Assembly (NCBI RefSeq): GCF_006345805.1
Contig: NC_042998.1
Coordinates: 41,726,001 to 41,790,000, forward strand
Length of the DNA: 64,000 nt
Source: Octopus sinensis
Taxonomy: Eukaryota
Direction of reading: 5' to 3'
Shown here: positions 26,226 through 38,549 of the stretch, in pieces
Layout of the letters: each line of letters begins with the position of its first letter
Position numbering within the stretch: the stretch's first letter is position 1
Program-made: the position numbers and the translations under genes
The notes under the pieces: model-generated
The model's input: the letters and a program-made list of their open reading frames with translations, nothing else
Told to the model about the DNA's origin: nothing
The model's database searches: none

Positions 26226-26492
26226 CACATACATACATACATACATCGGGTATTCAGTCCGATTATTTCTATGTCCCCTCGCATGATACAGCCTTAAGAC
26301 ATTTATTGGATAGCCGTTGACTCTCAAGAGGTCCTCTGCCCTTTGACGGGTTTTGTTTTTCATCCCGCAGGGTGTCCAATAAACACACTCCTCAACCAAG
26401 CAAGCTTGGTGGGGTTGCCGGTTTAGTCGCCGACGACCCGACCATGCAACAGGTTGTACTGGGTTACATGTTACCACTAGCACTCGAAAGAT
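26226..26492. mobile_element. Microsatellite-embedded element, short copy (homologous to about 29920-30172)
   Basis: tcgggtattcagtccg..gcactcgaaag between (CATA)n tracts. Confidence 0.75.
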
Positions 26493-27119
26493 AAATACAT
26501 ACATACATACATTATATACATTACATTAAAGGATCTGCTATGTAGGAAACATGTAACCTGAATTTTACCTGCTCCACTCCTTTAGTTTGGATTTTTATTC
26601 ACATTCATAGCAACTCAAGTTGATAACCGTGAGCTATGGAAATTTTTTTCAGCTTATTGAACTTTAATATAGGAAAAGATTACAACCTTCAATGCCAACA
26701 AATTATTATTGTTCCTGACCATTGTTTTTTATACCTACCATGGACTTCTCAAATCTTACAAACTTCCGAAACTTAGATCTTTGGATCTCTTAATTATATA
26801 TCAGTATGTGTGTGTGTGTGTATGTATTGTATATATATCTATACAGATATGTATGTGTATTCTATCAGTCTTTTTTGCTGAACTGTTAAGTTATGGGGAT
26901 GTAAATGCATCAACACTGGTTGTCAAGTGGTGATGGGGAACAAACACGGACACAAAGACACATACATAGATATATACTATATATGCTTGCTTCTCAACCA
27001 CATGGTTCCAGGTACAGTCTCATTGCATGGCACCTTGGGCAAGTGTCCTCTACTATAGCCTCGGGCTGACCAAAGACTTGTTAGTGGATTTGGTAGATGG
27101 AAACTGAAAGAAGCATGTC

Positions 27120-27143
<24 letters not shown>

Positions 27144-27151
<8 letters not shown>

Positions 27152-27963
27152 TCAATATAGGGTGGCAAAAAAAATTTTGTAGAATTTCTCTGCCACCAGC
27201 GGCCTAGTGGGAAAAAATTAAATAGTCATAGACCATTTATAAGTTCAACATCACAATCAAGGAACGGCCATAATAGGCCATTCACCCACTAGAAATAACA
27301 GCCAAAGCTTCAACCGCAAAATAACATTAATTCCGCAAACCAGGAGAAAATTAAAAAAACATTTACCCTGTAATTTCTTATGCGATGCACCGTTTCATCT
27401 ATTGTTTAATGGTAAACTAACCTGATTAAATTAAATCAAGCCAATCTTCCATAGGCCCTTAGATTCGTCAGTAAGAAATAGCCAGATCGGAACAGATATT
27501 TTCACGAGGCACTTCTGTCCCTGCCTCGGCAATATCTGACCTAAATTTTCAAATCATCGCACTCGCGCCAATTTATCGGCAGCAAATAAATATAAGCCGC
27601 CGATTCCATTACGGAATCAACCAGAAATTCATAATTAATCAATATAGGGTGGCAAAAAAAATTTTGTAGAATTTCTCTGCCACCAGCGGCCTAGTGGGAA
27701 AAAATTAAATAGTCATAGACCATTATAAGTTCAACATCACAATCAAGGAACGGCCATAATAGGCCATTCACCCACTAGAAATAACAGCCAAAGCTTCACC
27801 GCAAAATAACATTAATTCCGCAAACCAGGAGAATTAAAAAAACATTTACCCTGTAAATGTTTTTTTAATTTTCTCCTGGTTTGCGGAATTAATGTTATTT
27901 TGCGGTTGAAGCTTTGGCTGTTATTTCTAGTGGGTGAATGGCCTATTATGGCCGTTCCTTGAT
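27144..27963 (-). mobile_element. Non-coding Penelope-like/retrozyme-like element: direct repeats, central HHR segment and inverted 5' fragment
   Basis: Direct repeats 27144-27373 and 27631-27856; hairpin arms 27742-27849 / 27853-27963; flanked by (TA)n. Confidence 0.75.
27373..27479 (-). ncRNA. Type I hammerhead ribozyme motif, slightly degenerate
   Basis: Minus strand: atttctta CTGACGA atcta..tagat GAAAC ggtgcatc GCA taagaaat. Stem I is a perfect 8 bp and stem II closes with 5 bp, but the cleavage triplet is GCA, not NUH. Confidence 0.6.
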
Positions 27964-28444
27964 ATATATATATATGCGTGTATGTATGTATATATATGTA
28001 TGTATTTGTGTGTCTGTCTTTGTCCCCCCAACATCACTTGACACTGATGTTGGTGTGTTTATATCCCGTAACTTAGCAGTTCTGTAAAAGAGACCGATAG
28101 AATAAGTACTAGGCTTACAAAGAATAAGTCCTGGGGTCGATTTGTTCAACTAAAGGTGGTGCTCCAGCATGGCTGCAGTCAAATGACTGAAACAAGTAAA
28201 AGAATATATAACAAGCTTCTTCCAGTTTCTGTTTTCCAAATCCACTCATAAGTCTGTGATCAGCCCAAGGATATAGTGGAAGACACTTGCCCTAGGTATC
28301 ATGCTGTGGGACTAAATCTGGAGCCATGTGGTTGGGAAGCAAGCTTTTTACCAGATAGCCACACCTGCACCTATCCACCCCACTACAGAAAATTCTGCTC
28401 CAACATACTCTTGTCTGGCCCATGCAAGCATGGAAAAGTAGACA

Positions 28445-28667
28445 TTAACCCTTTTGTTACTGTATTTTGAGATGCTCTCTGTTTCTTTCAATTACTTTAA
28501 ATATCACAAAGAATTTAGTAAAATAACTTAATCATCATTAAGCTAGTGTTGGGAACATAAATTGGGACTAAGGTTTGGTGGAAGATTTTAATTCAAAACT
28601 TATGAAAACAAGACATTTGTACTCAGAGCCAGAGCCGGTTTCAGCTGGTTGGTAACAAAAGGGTTAA
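28445..28667. mobile_element. piggyBac-like MITE, second copy of the 25525 family
   Basis: TTAA-CCCTTTTGTTAC ... GTAACAAAAGGG-TTAA; internal sequence homologous to 25529-25750. Confidence 0.88.
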
Positions 28668-29556
28668 AATGCTGATCTATACATGACAGAACTCTTCAGT
28701 TTTCATCAACCAAATTTATTAACAAGATAGCTTTGGTAACTCCAATGCAATAGAAGAAGGCATTTTTCCAATAGGACTAACCCAAAATCATGTGGTTGGG
28801 AGGCAAACTTCTTTACACAGTCATGCTTATACCTATAATATAAACTTAAAAGACTGGTTGGAGATATCATTAAAAATTATGAAACAATACTGGTTTTAGA
28901 AAATACTTCAGAGTTGACAAAGTAGCTTATAACATCATTTCTATTGTTAAAAACCGAAAGTGGAGTAATATGGGAATTGTATTTTGTTCAAAAGATATTA
29001 TTACTAAATGATTAAAAATGAAATTAAATGACACTGACATCTAACAACACTTTATAAATAAAAAAGATGAGAAAGCTTACTGTTCCTGTAATTAAATCTA
29101 TTGATCAAACAACACCAGTTAAATCTATTCAGGTAAATATTGTTGATAATTCAAAGATGTATTAGAGAGTATAAAGAATACTGCTAATAGCTTCAAAACA
29201 AATCTGGGATAAATAACGTTTGCTATCACAACTTAGTATATTAAAATTATATTTTTTTTGTTTATTTAAATATTTTGTTTTATGTTTACTGCCATCGCCG
29301 CCACCACCATTGCTGCCGCCGCCGACGCAACCACTGTTGTCATTGTCTTCATCATTTAACATACAAATTTGTTGAAGTTAATTTTCTATAGCTGGATGCC
29401 TTTTCTGTTGCCAACTTTTGCCTGTTTCTAAACAAGGTGATATTTTTCAATAGATAGGCATGTTTTTCATGGAAGACTGAAAAATGGACAACCTCACTTA
29501 AGTGTCAATGATTTTCATTTACAACTGTCACATGATGTCTAGACCAAGGGCAAACA

Positions 29557-29587
<31 letters not shown>

Positions 29588-29609
29588 GCATGCACATACA
29601 TACATACAT

Positions 29610-30172
29610 ACATACATGCATGGTGGCTGCCCCCTCGTTATCGAGTACGGCCATTGCACGAAGCTTAATCAATGTTGTTATCGTGCAATGCCTGTGCAAG
29701 AAGATTTTGTTTAAAGTGAGGAAAGGCTGTGCACAGAGTCAATCCCACTCACCAAGCAACAGCAGCCTTAATCCGAAAAGAAGAACAAGTCAACATCATC
29801 AGTAACCACTGAGCCGCAGGTTTTATGTTGGAGTTATCCCAGTTACCTGAGTTACCTTCTCCAAGAAGGATGCCCTAACAAAGGCTAGGAGTCCTTCACT
29901 CCCAATGGTTTAACCGCATGATCGGGTATTCAGTCCGATTATTTCTATGTCCCCGCGCACGATACAGCTTTAAGACATTTATTGGATGGCCGTTGACTCT
30001 CAAGAATTCCTCCGCCCTTTGACGAGTTTTGTTTTTCATCCTGCAGGGTGTCCAATAAACACACTCCTCACCAAGCAAGCTTGGTGGGGTTGCCGGTTTA
30101 GTCGCCGACGACCCGAACATGCAACAGGTTGTACTGGGTTACATGTTACCAGTAGCACTCGAAAGTGACCTG
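29610..30172. mobile_element. Microsatellite-embedded element, long copy; resembles an RTE-type 5' UTR on the minus strand
   Basis: Minus strand has ggagaagg..aactc..ataaaacc and taaaccggcaacccc motifs. Flanked by (CATA)n on both sides. Confidence 0.6.
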
Positions 30173-32099
30173 ACATACATGCATACATACATACATACAT
30201 ACATACATACACACACACAACAAGCTTCTTTCAGTTTCTGTCCACAAAATCCATTCACAAAATTTTGGTCAGCCCAGGGACTGCATAATTTGGAAGCAAG
30301 CATCTTAACCATACAGCCACGCTTGTGTCTACACCACATCTGCTCCAAAAATATTTCAATAGATTTGATTAGAACAAACAACTTATATGAGAGAACCACT
30401 TCATGGTTGCTTGACTTGGAAGTTTAGCAGTCAAAACTCCTTCAAATCAAACCTTACCATCTGCAAAAGAAGAAGACACTGGACAATGTAATCCTAGATA
30501 CATTGTGTAATGAAGGAAATGTACTGAAGTTAACAATCAGAATAAGTCTTCTTTATTCCAACATAAGACCTTGAACAAGGTTCTTAAAACAATCATTGAT
30601 AAGATTATAGTACAGGGAGGTAATAAGTAATTCCGACTTATAAAGTGATTCCAATTTATATTACCTTATTAGAATGATGTCATAATCACATGATATATGT
30701 CTGTGGATGCCTTAATATAGGTTTCAGATTTTGGCACAAGGCCAGTAATTTTAGGGGAGGGGTAAACCGATTACATTGATTCCAGTGATAAATAACCAGT
30801 ACTTATTTTATTGGCCCTGAAAGGATGAAAAGTAAAATTGACTCCAATGTAAGTTGAACTCAGAAGATGAAGGCGGATGAAATTCCACTAAGCATTTTGC
30901 CTGGCATGCCAACAATTCAGCCAGTTTTCCACCCTGAGATGCCTTAATATAAAGAGGCTTAATGGAAGACTCAACTGAATCATATCACAGTGTAACTTAA
31001 TAAATAAAATATGGTATCATAATCTGCTCAATCAGAACTGACCTGATCTAAATAACAACTTAATTCTTCTAACAATATTAAATTCAATTTCTAATTCTGC
31101 CAAAGTTGACTTCACCTTTCATAAAATAAGTACCAGTTGAATGCAGGGATCAACTGACTTACCCATCCCCTAAAATTACTGGCCCTGTGCCAAAATTTGA
31201 AACCAATTTTAAATTCAATTTCCAGTTTGCTCTCAGATAATTCTTACTATTACAGCCATTAAAGAGAACATATAGTTCATCTCATCATTGCATGTAGAAG
31301 TCAAAGAAGACCAGATCACGGCTATTACTTTACACTTGTTGGCTTTAAAGATTAAATCAGATCCATTCCATTTGTATTATCTGTACCATCCAAAAATTTC
31401 AACTAATCTTATTAGGGTAGGTCCCCTTGTTTTTATATTTTAAACATCACTAGAGTAAGTTTTTCTCTACTAATTACATCGGTAATCACTGCCGTTTGAA
31501 TATTTTTAAACTAGTAGTATTATATGTGAGACCTGCAGTATTTGTATTATTGAAACCTGCTGTATTTGTACTTAGTATGCATTTAATACATTTAGCCTCA
31601 TTTTGGTTCTGATTGAGTAGACATGATGAAAAGCTTTCCAGCAGTGGCTATCCAATCTGTTCATTCATGTTATCAAGGCAAAGTGTTTAATAATTAGTTT
31701 TCAATAGGAATCAATGTAAGTCACAGTATTAATTGTTCAATAACTTTCAAGCTCATACCTAGTACTTAACCACTTAACCTTACTAAGGACCATTATTCAC
31801 TTAATTGCATTTTCAAATCAAGAACTGGAAACCACTATAAAGTCTAATTCATAAGCTACTAATAAATTAGAATGACTTTTAATTATTTTGAGTGTATGAT
31901 AGTAATATTATGTTGCTGTATTCCAAACTTCCAGTGAAATATTAAGGGATATAATAGCAAAGCAAATTGATACATCTATGATTATAAAAAATAACTAGTC
32001 AGAAATATCTAAAATAATTATGATACAGAAGGTATCTACTCTTCATTAAGCAACATATTTAATTTTCAAAATGTAAAGTTTCAAATATTTCATTTTTTT

Positions 32100-32930
32100 T
32101 TTTGAGTTTTTAAAGATATTTCTTTGAGTAAGTCAATAATGTTTAATACATCTTATTGAAGATCTACAAAAAAAAACAAAAATCGAAACTTTATAAATGT
32201 CACTCTATGAAGTCAGTGGAATTCTGAAACAAGACCGAGTCATTAGATCTTGACATATGATAAATGTCTAGACAGTGTTGATACTATAATATCAAAACCA
32301 GGTACAATAGGCCAGAAACTTCTGACATAATTACAAATAACAAGTGTCAGAAAGTCGAAAAAGGGTTGGGGTGGAGAATGGATTTAGGTGGCGCATAAAG
32401 CTAAATAGGAGCAATATTTTGTAAGCTTGGAGAATTTGTGAAATGTCAGATGAGATAAGTGAATGTCATCTGCATAAGCATAAATTCTTTTGGGAGAATT
32501 GTTCCTTTGATATCCTAAAAACTAGTTACTAGACATTAGGCTGTAAAAAATCTCATCAGTTTGTGAAAGGGTGATTAAAATAAATTAAATGTCAGAAACA
32601 TACTGTTGATCAGTTTCAGTGTTAAAAGTAACTCAAGGAAAGATTGAGACATTAACATGTATGTGGCAGAAGAGTTCTGAAAAAGATCTACTTCATTTGT
32701 GGTGGTCTTATATTGGTGTTTCACTTATTGCTAGTAATATTGTCTTTCCTCTTTCATTAGAAAGGATCAGTAAAATAATTACAACTAATAAATTGGAGTT
32801 AAGTCATTCAGCTAAATCCCATAACAACAAAATTGGCTTTATAGCAAGCAAAAAAGAAATTAATAATTTAAATGGAGCAGAAAGTGTTCGAATATACACA
32901 TCATAGTTTAACACTCAGCCATTTTCACTC
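32100..32930 (-). mobile_element. Decayed CR1/L2-type LINE, RT C-terminal region
   Basis: Minus-strand YADD motif (ttatgcagatgac, about 32465-32480) with many stops. Confidence 0.6.
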
Positions 32931-33039
32931 CATAACATACATACAATACACAGGATTTATTTCTCTACAGTTTCCTTTATATATGGTAGATACATATTAA
33001 TGAGTATCCACACATAATTTTATTATACTACTCAAATTC

Positions 33040-33545
33040 GATGACTGGCATTTGTGCTAGCGGGGTGCAAAGAGCACCACATGAGTGTGATCGTCAACAG
33101 AGCGGCTAACCAGCTTCTGTGCCAGTGGAACATAAAAGGCACCATTTGAGTGTGATCGTTACCAGCGTCACCTTACTGGCACTTGTGCCCCATGCTAGGA
33201 GGGTGCATAGAGCACCCTCTGAGCATGATCGTTGCCAGAGCGGCTAACCAGCTTCTGTGCTAGTGGCACATAAAAGTGTGATCGTTATTAGCATCGCTTA
33301 CTGGCACCTGTGCCGGTGGCATGTGTAAAAACATTCAAGCGAGGTCATTACCAGTACCGCCTGACTGGCCCCCATGCTGGTGGCATGTAAAAGCACCCAC
33401 TACACTCTCGGAGGGCATCCAGCTGTATAAACTCTGCCAGATCAAGATTGGAGCCTGGTGCAGCCATCCGGTTCGCCAGCCCTTAGCCAAATTGTCCAAC
33501 CCATGCTAGCATGGAAAATGGACGTTCAACAATGATGATGATGAC
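33040..33545 (+). mobile_element. RTE 3' UTR fragment with modular ~50-60-bp units and (GAT)n tail
   Basis: Repeated gtgatcgttgccag..actggc..gtgccggtggcac units, CCATGCTAGCATGG palindrome, atgatgatg tail. Confidence 0.8.
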
Positions 33546-34559
33546 TTCCTTTACTGTACTGTTAACATTGTACATTTCCCTCTATAAGTGGCTTCCATGT
33601 ATTTATACATTTATGTGCAGAGCTGGGCAACATTTATTTCAAAAGGATGGCAGTTGTCAACTCATGCAAATCTCCCTTCTTAATGACACCAATGTTTTCC
33701 AAGGGAATGACAACTACCAAAGGACTGATACAGCTTAGCACCAATGTCAGTGCAGGTATTGCTCTCAGACCTCAAAATGTTTGAACAGAACCACAAGACA
33801 TCCTATCTGATGTTCTAACAGTTTTGTCAATCTTGTACCCTAGTACATTTAATCAGCCCCAAAATGAGGTTTTCTTGGGGTTATTTCTTGTATTAATTAT
33901 AAGGATTTCAAAATGTTTAAAAAGAAAAGTGTAATTTATAATTGAACAGATAGACAAAAATTTCAAGAATTGATGCTTAATTATAAAAAACAATTGTACA
34001 TCCCTCTACTTGCATCTAAGTAAGTGTTGAAATATTTTATTAGAACATGCTTGTTAATTACTCTTTTTCTCTTGACCAAATAACAATTACTCTAACAGAG
34101 ATTAGATAGATCTATAAATACTACCTGAATCAGAAGAATTTGTTTTAAAACAAGCTGCCTTTGTCAATAACCTTACAATATTTAACTGCCAAAAGTAATG
34201 AGGTATCGTGGTGTAGTGGAAAATTCCTGACTGTTTCACTACACTAACAGGCTTTGCAAAATTACATATTCTCTCTCTCCCTCAAAATTTTCACACCTTG
34301 TCCCTGTAGTAGAAAGGATTATTATTATTATTATTATTATTATTATTTTCCTTCTTTCTTCAAATTTTCTTCCCTTTCTCACCAAGTGTTTTCCGTACAC
34401 CTAGGGCAAAGAAGCTCATTGTATGCATTCCCAGATTACACATGCAAATTCACAGGTAAGATATGTATTTAAAAAAATAAATAAATAAGTAAATAAATAA
34501 ATTCATGAATGGATGTTGTTTTCACAGCGATAATGCTCTCATCAGTACATGAGTCGTTC

Positions 34560-35862
34560 CAGTTAACACGATTTTTTGCACTTTGCCTGGTATCATTTTC
34601 AAATAGGTTTCAGTAACTTTTTTTTTTATCATTCGTAGAGATCCTGCAATCACTGGTACTGTAGTCATCTTGAGTCATCACATTTTTTCAATTTCTATTA
34701 GCAAGTCTTTATATTTACTGATCTTGTCAAATTCTTTTGCCGCTATATTGTGATTGCAAGGAATACTCATGTCAATTAATAAACACACCTTTTTTGTCTG
34801 ATCTTTTATATTAATATCTGGTTTATTAGCTTTTATAGTTTTGTCAGTATGTATGGGTAAGTCCCAGAGAATTGACACATTTTCTCCCTCAGTCACAGCT
34901 TCAGGATGGTGTTTATACCATTTGTCAGTGCTTTTGATTTTATAATATTGACATGTTGTCCAGTGTAAATACTGGCCGACTCTGTCATGTCTTGCTTTAT
35001 TTTCTACAGGTGCTAAGACTCTACACCCTTATTATTATTCAGTAGTCTTATTTTTATAAAGTGCTTTCACTGCACTACCAAGCACAGCTCTGTGTGCCTT
35101 GGGTATGTGTTGTGGTTTGCTGTGATGCTCTTATAGTTACTGTATTGAAAGTGTTTTGCATAGGATGTGTGCAGTGCCTAGTAGTGTTATTTTCTGTATG
35201 TTATATATATTTGTTAGTCCTGGTGTTTTTGTCTGAATATTTTTTTATCATACCTAATGCGCCCACTATGATAGGAATTGTTTCTGTTTTTAGACTCCAC
35301 ATTCAAGGTACCTCTACTTCTAGGTCTTTGTATTTTGAAAGTTTCTCCATTTCTTTTAGAGAAACATTGTCATCTGTTGGTATTGATACATCGATTAGGA
35401 AGCATTTTTTTTTCTTCATGATCTCTGACAACTATATCTTTTATATTGGGCTTAAGTTCCCTGTCTGTGTGTATTGGCATATCCCATAGTATGGTTGCTT
35501 TCTCATTTTCTGTGATCTTTTCTGTTGTTATTCCATAGTATTGGCATAGCTTCCAGTGTATGTAGGTCCCAACTTTGTCATATTGGTGAATATATTCCTT
35601 CTTAGCCAGGACTGGGCAGCCAGAGACAATATGATCTATTGTTTCTTGTCCATCTCAATATATTTGGGAATTAGGATAGTTTTTCCTTTCATGAGCCATT
35701 CAGGCATTGTCTCTGACTCTGCTAGTATGTCATTAAATTTTTCAGCCAGCTTTTTGTGTGTTCCTGTCAGATATTTTAACCAGATGTTGGGGATCTTATC
35801 GTGTCTAGGTGCCTTCCAGTTGCTTAGTTTTTGCAGTGCCTGGGTGACCTCTTCAGTTATTA

Positions 35863-35893
<31 letters not shown>

Positions 35894-36262
35894 TATTATT
35901 ATTATTGTCATTTACTTTTAATCTGCATGTTTGATGCAATCACCTGCCGGGGCACACCCAGTGCCCTAGGGCAAGTGAAGGTTAAGAGTTGTTGAAATAT
36001 AGCTGAAAGCTTGGGGAGGGGAAGTAGAGATATATCTCCATGTAATGCAAACACAGACATTTACATTGATAGGGTTTTTCTAAGGATGTGGGCAGTACTT
36101 GTTAGCACAATCTTTTGGATTTCCTTGAGACATGGTTTTCCAGGGATATTGTCTAGGTGTTTCTGACATCCCTTTTTTATCATACCTAGGGCACCTACAA
36201 TAACAGGAACAGTTTTTGTTTTAAGATTCCACATCCTCTGTATTTCGATTTCCAGGTCCTTA

Positions 36263-36324
<62 letters not shown>

Positions 36325-37070
36325 TTCTGATTGATTCGCATTTTATTTCATCTTCTGACCAAGTCTCAACCAGAGACCTAAGGCATGTATATAGATGGAG
36401 AGAAACTTCCTGAAAATCTAGGCAGTTGTTGTCAACACAATTTTTTGAATCTCATAGATTGTTGGTTTCCCAGGGATTTGGTCAAAAAATTTGTCAGTAG
36501 TACCTTCCTTGATTATTCCCAGGGCACCTACAATAACATGGATAGTTTTGGTTTTTAACTGCCATGTCTTAGATATCTCAATTTCAAGATCAGTTTCGAC
36601 AGTTTTTCAAATTCCTTTGCTGAGAAGTTTCTACCAGTAGGCACCGTCATATCATTTAACAGGCATGGGTTTTTTTGCCTTAGGTCTTTGATGATGATGA
36701 TGTCTGTTCTGTTATGATTTATTTATCTGTCTGTATGTATCCTATTACTATTATTATTATTATTGTTGTTGTTGTTGTTGATTTGACTCAGGTTTGGTCT
36801 TATTCCTGGCAGGATTTATGTTGGTAGTGGGTTACTACCTATAACCTTAGGTATCCACTGGCTTTCAGTCTCCACTAGCTTCCAATCTCCTTCAACCATT
36901 TGTCTATATCTTTGCTTACAGTTCCCAATGCACCAATTATTATAGGCACAACCTTTACAATTTCCACATTCCAAATTCTTGCAATTTCAAATTTTAAGGG
37001 ATTGTATATTTTTGTTTTTCGTCTTCTTTCTTTATGATCCTGGAGTCAAATGGACACAATAGATCAATTA
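34560..37070 (-). mobile_element. Cluster of about five R4/Dong-like (RLE endonuclease) non-LTR retrotransposon 3' fragments separated by (TAA)n/(CAA)n arrays
   Basis: Repeated KPDI..LIDMSIP..KEFDKISKYKDL and VPVIVGALG motifs; RT domain-0 peptide KAPRHDKIPNIWLK at 35636-35860. Confidence 0.85.
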
Positions 37071-38111
37071 ATAGGCAACTTCACTTTTTAATTATTCTTA
37101 TTCAATTATTATTGTTGTTGTTGTTGCTGTTGTTGATTTGACAGTTCCCAATGCACCAATTATTATAGGCACAACCTTTACAGGTTTCATATTCCATCAT
37201 CATCATCATCATCATCATTATTATTATTAGCATATTTTCAATGTTTTCATGCCCACTATCATGAGCACCTCTGTATTCCTGAGGTGTGTATGCTACACCT
37301 GTTTATCAACTACGTGTTTTAATAACAAAATTATGGCTGTGTGCCAAAGGCAGAAATCATCATTACCTGTGTAAATATTATTATTATTTTTGCTATTTCT
37401 GCCTTCATGGCTGTTTTGCTACTAATATTCATATTTAACAAGACTGTATCTTAAACTTCAGATGATTATAGTTGTAAGATACTTAGTTATATTATATGAC
37501 TTTTAGGATGATGATGATGATGATGATGATGATAATGATGATGATGATTAATGATGATATATGTATGAGTGTGTGTTATTAGAGGTGGCATCAAATTGAT
37601 TGTTAATGTTCAGAGTGGAGAAAGTCTTGTTGTTGTTGTTAAGCTGGGTAAGGGTGATTAGGTGATGGTCTAGAGCTTAGGGGCAAGAGACCCCAGACCC
37701 TGGAAAAAAAACAAAACAACTTTGGTCGTTTTGTTGTAGTCAAGGGCTCTTCGTTGATGCCCGACACCATTGGGAGGTGGCCCTCAAAGTCGCTGGAAAT
37801 GGAGATCTCCAGGTCCAAATTCTCGGCTGGCTGGAGAAAGTCTTGTCAGTCCATGCTAAAATAATACAGTTTGAAAGGAAGCTTCTGCTCTAAGAAAGAA
37901 GGTACATCTAAGCCATAAACAGGCAACTAAGTTAGATTATTCTGATGCTAGGCTGTAGGTTGTCAAAAATTATGACAATGATAATGACAAAGGCAGCCAT
38001 GATCATGAGGATTCTGATAGAATACCTAAGAGACTTGCCAGTATTTCAATTCAACATTTTAAATGTAATGTAGATTAGGTACAGCTGAAATTCAAGAATA
38101 AGGTACATCTT

Positions 38112-38259
38112 CATTATTTACATTATTTACATTTGACGGATATTTGTCCTCATCTTGTTTGTTGTTAACACGTTTTGGCTGATATACCCTCCAGCCTTCA
38201 TCAGGTGTCTTGGGGAAATTTCAAACCTGGGTTCTCATTCCTAATGTATTTTTCGATGT

Positions 38260-38310
<51 letters not shown>

Positions 38311-38532
38311 TATTATTATTATTATTATTATAATAATAATAGTAACATCGAAAAATATGTTAGGAATGAGAACACAGGTTTGAAATTTTCCTAAGACACC
38401 TGATGAAGGCTGGCGGGTATATCAGCCAAAACGTTGTGCTAACGACAAACAAGATGAGGACAAATATCCGTCAAATGTAAATAATGTAAATAATGTACAT
38501 AATTCCTCATCTCTTAAATACAGAACTGTAAA
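38112..38532. mobile_element. Penelope-like terminal fragments in inverted orientation around a (TAA)n/(TTA)n spacer, with 9-bp TSD
   Basis: Arms 38112-38261 and 38343-38495; GTACATCTT at 38103-38111 and 38533-38541. Confidence 0.75.
38395..38440 (+). ncRNA. Decayed minimal hammerhead motif (mirror copy on - at about 38165-38210)
   Basis: gacac CTGATGA a ggctg..cagcc AAAAC GTT gtgct. Core G12 is replaced by A in both copies. Confidence 0.55.
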
Positions 38533-38549
38533 GTACATCTTATTCCCTA

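Larger units (their letters stand above)
26975..28205 (+). mobile_element. SINE family A split at its central (TA)n by the 27144-27963 insertion
   Basis: Head at about 26975-27120; tail resumes at about 27962-28205. Confidence 0.8.

Noticed and set aside
30080-30172. HDV-like ribozyme at the putative RTE 5' end
   Set aside because: Local hairpins exist, but I could not build the nested double pseudoknot.
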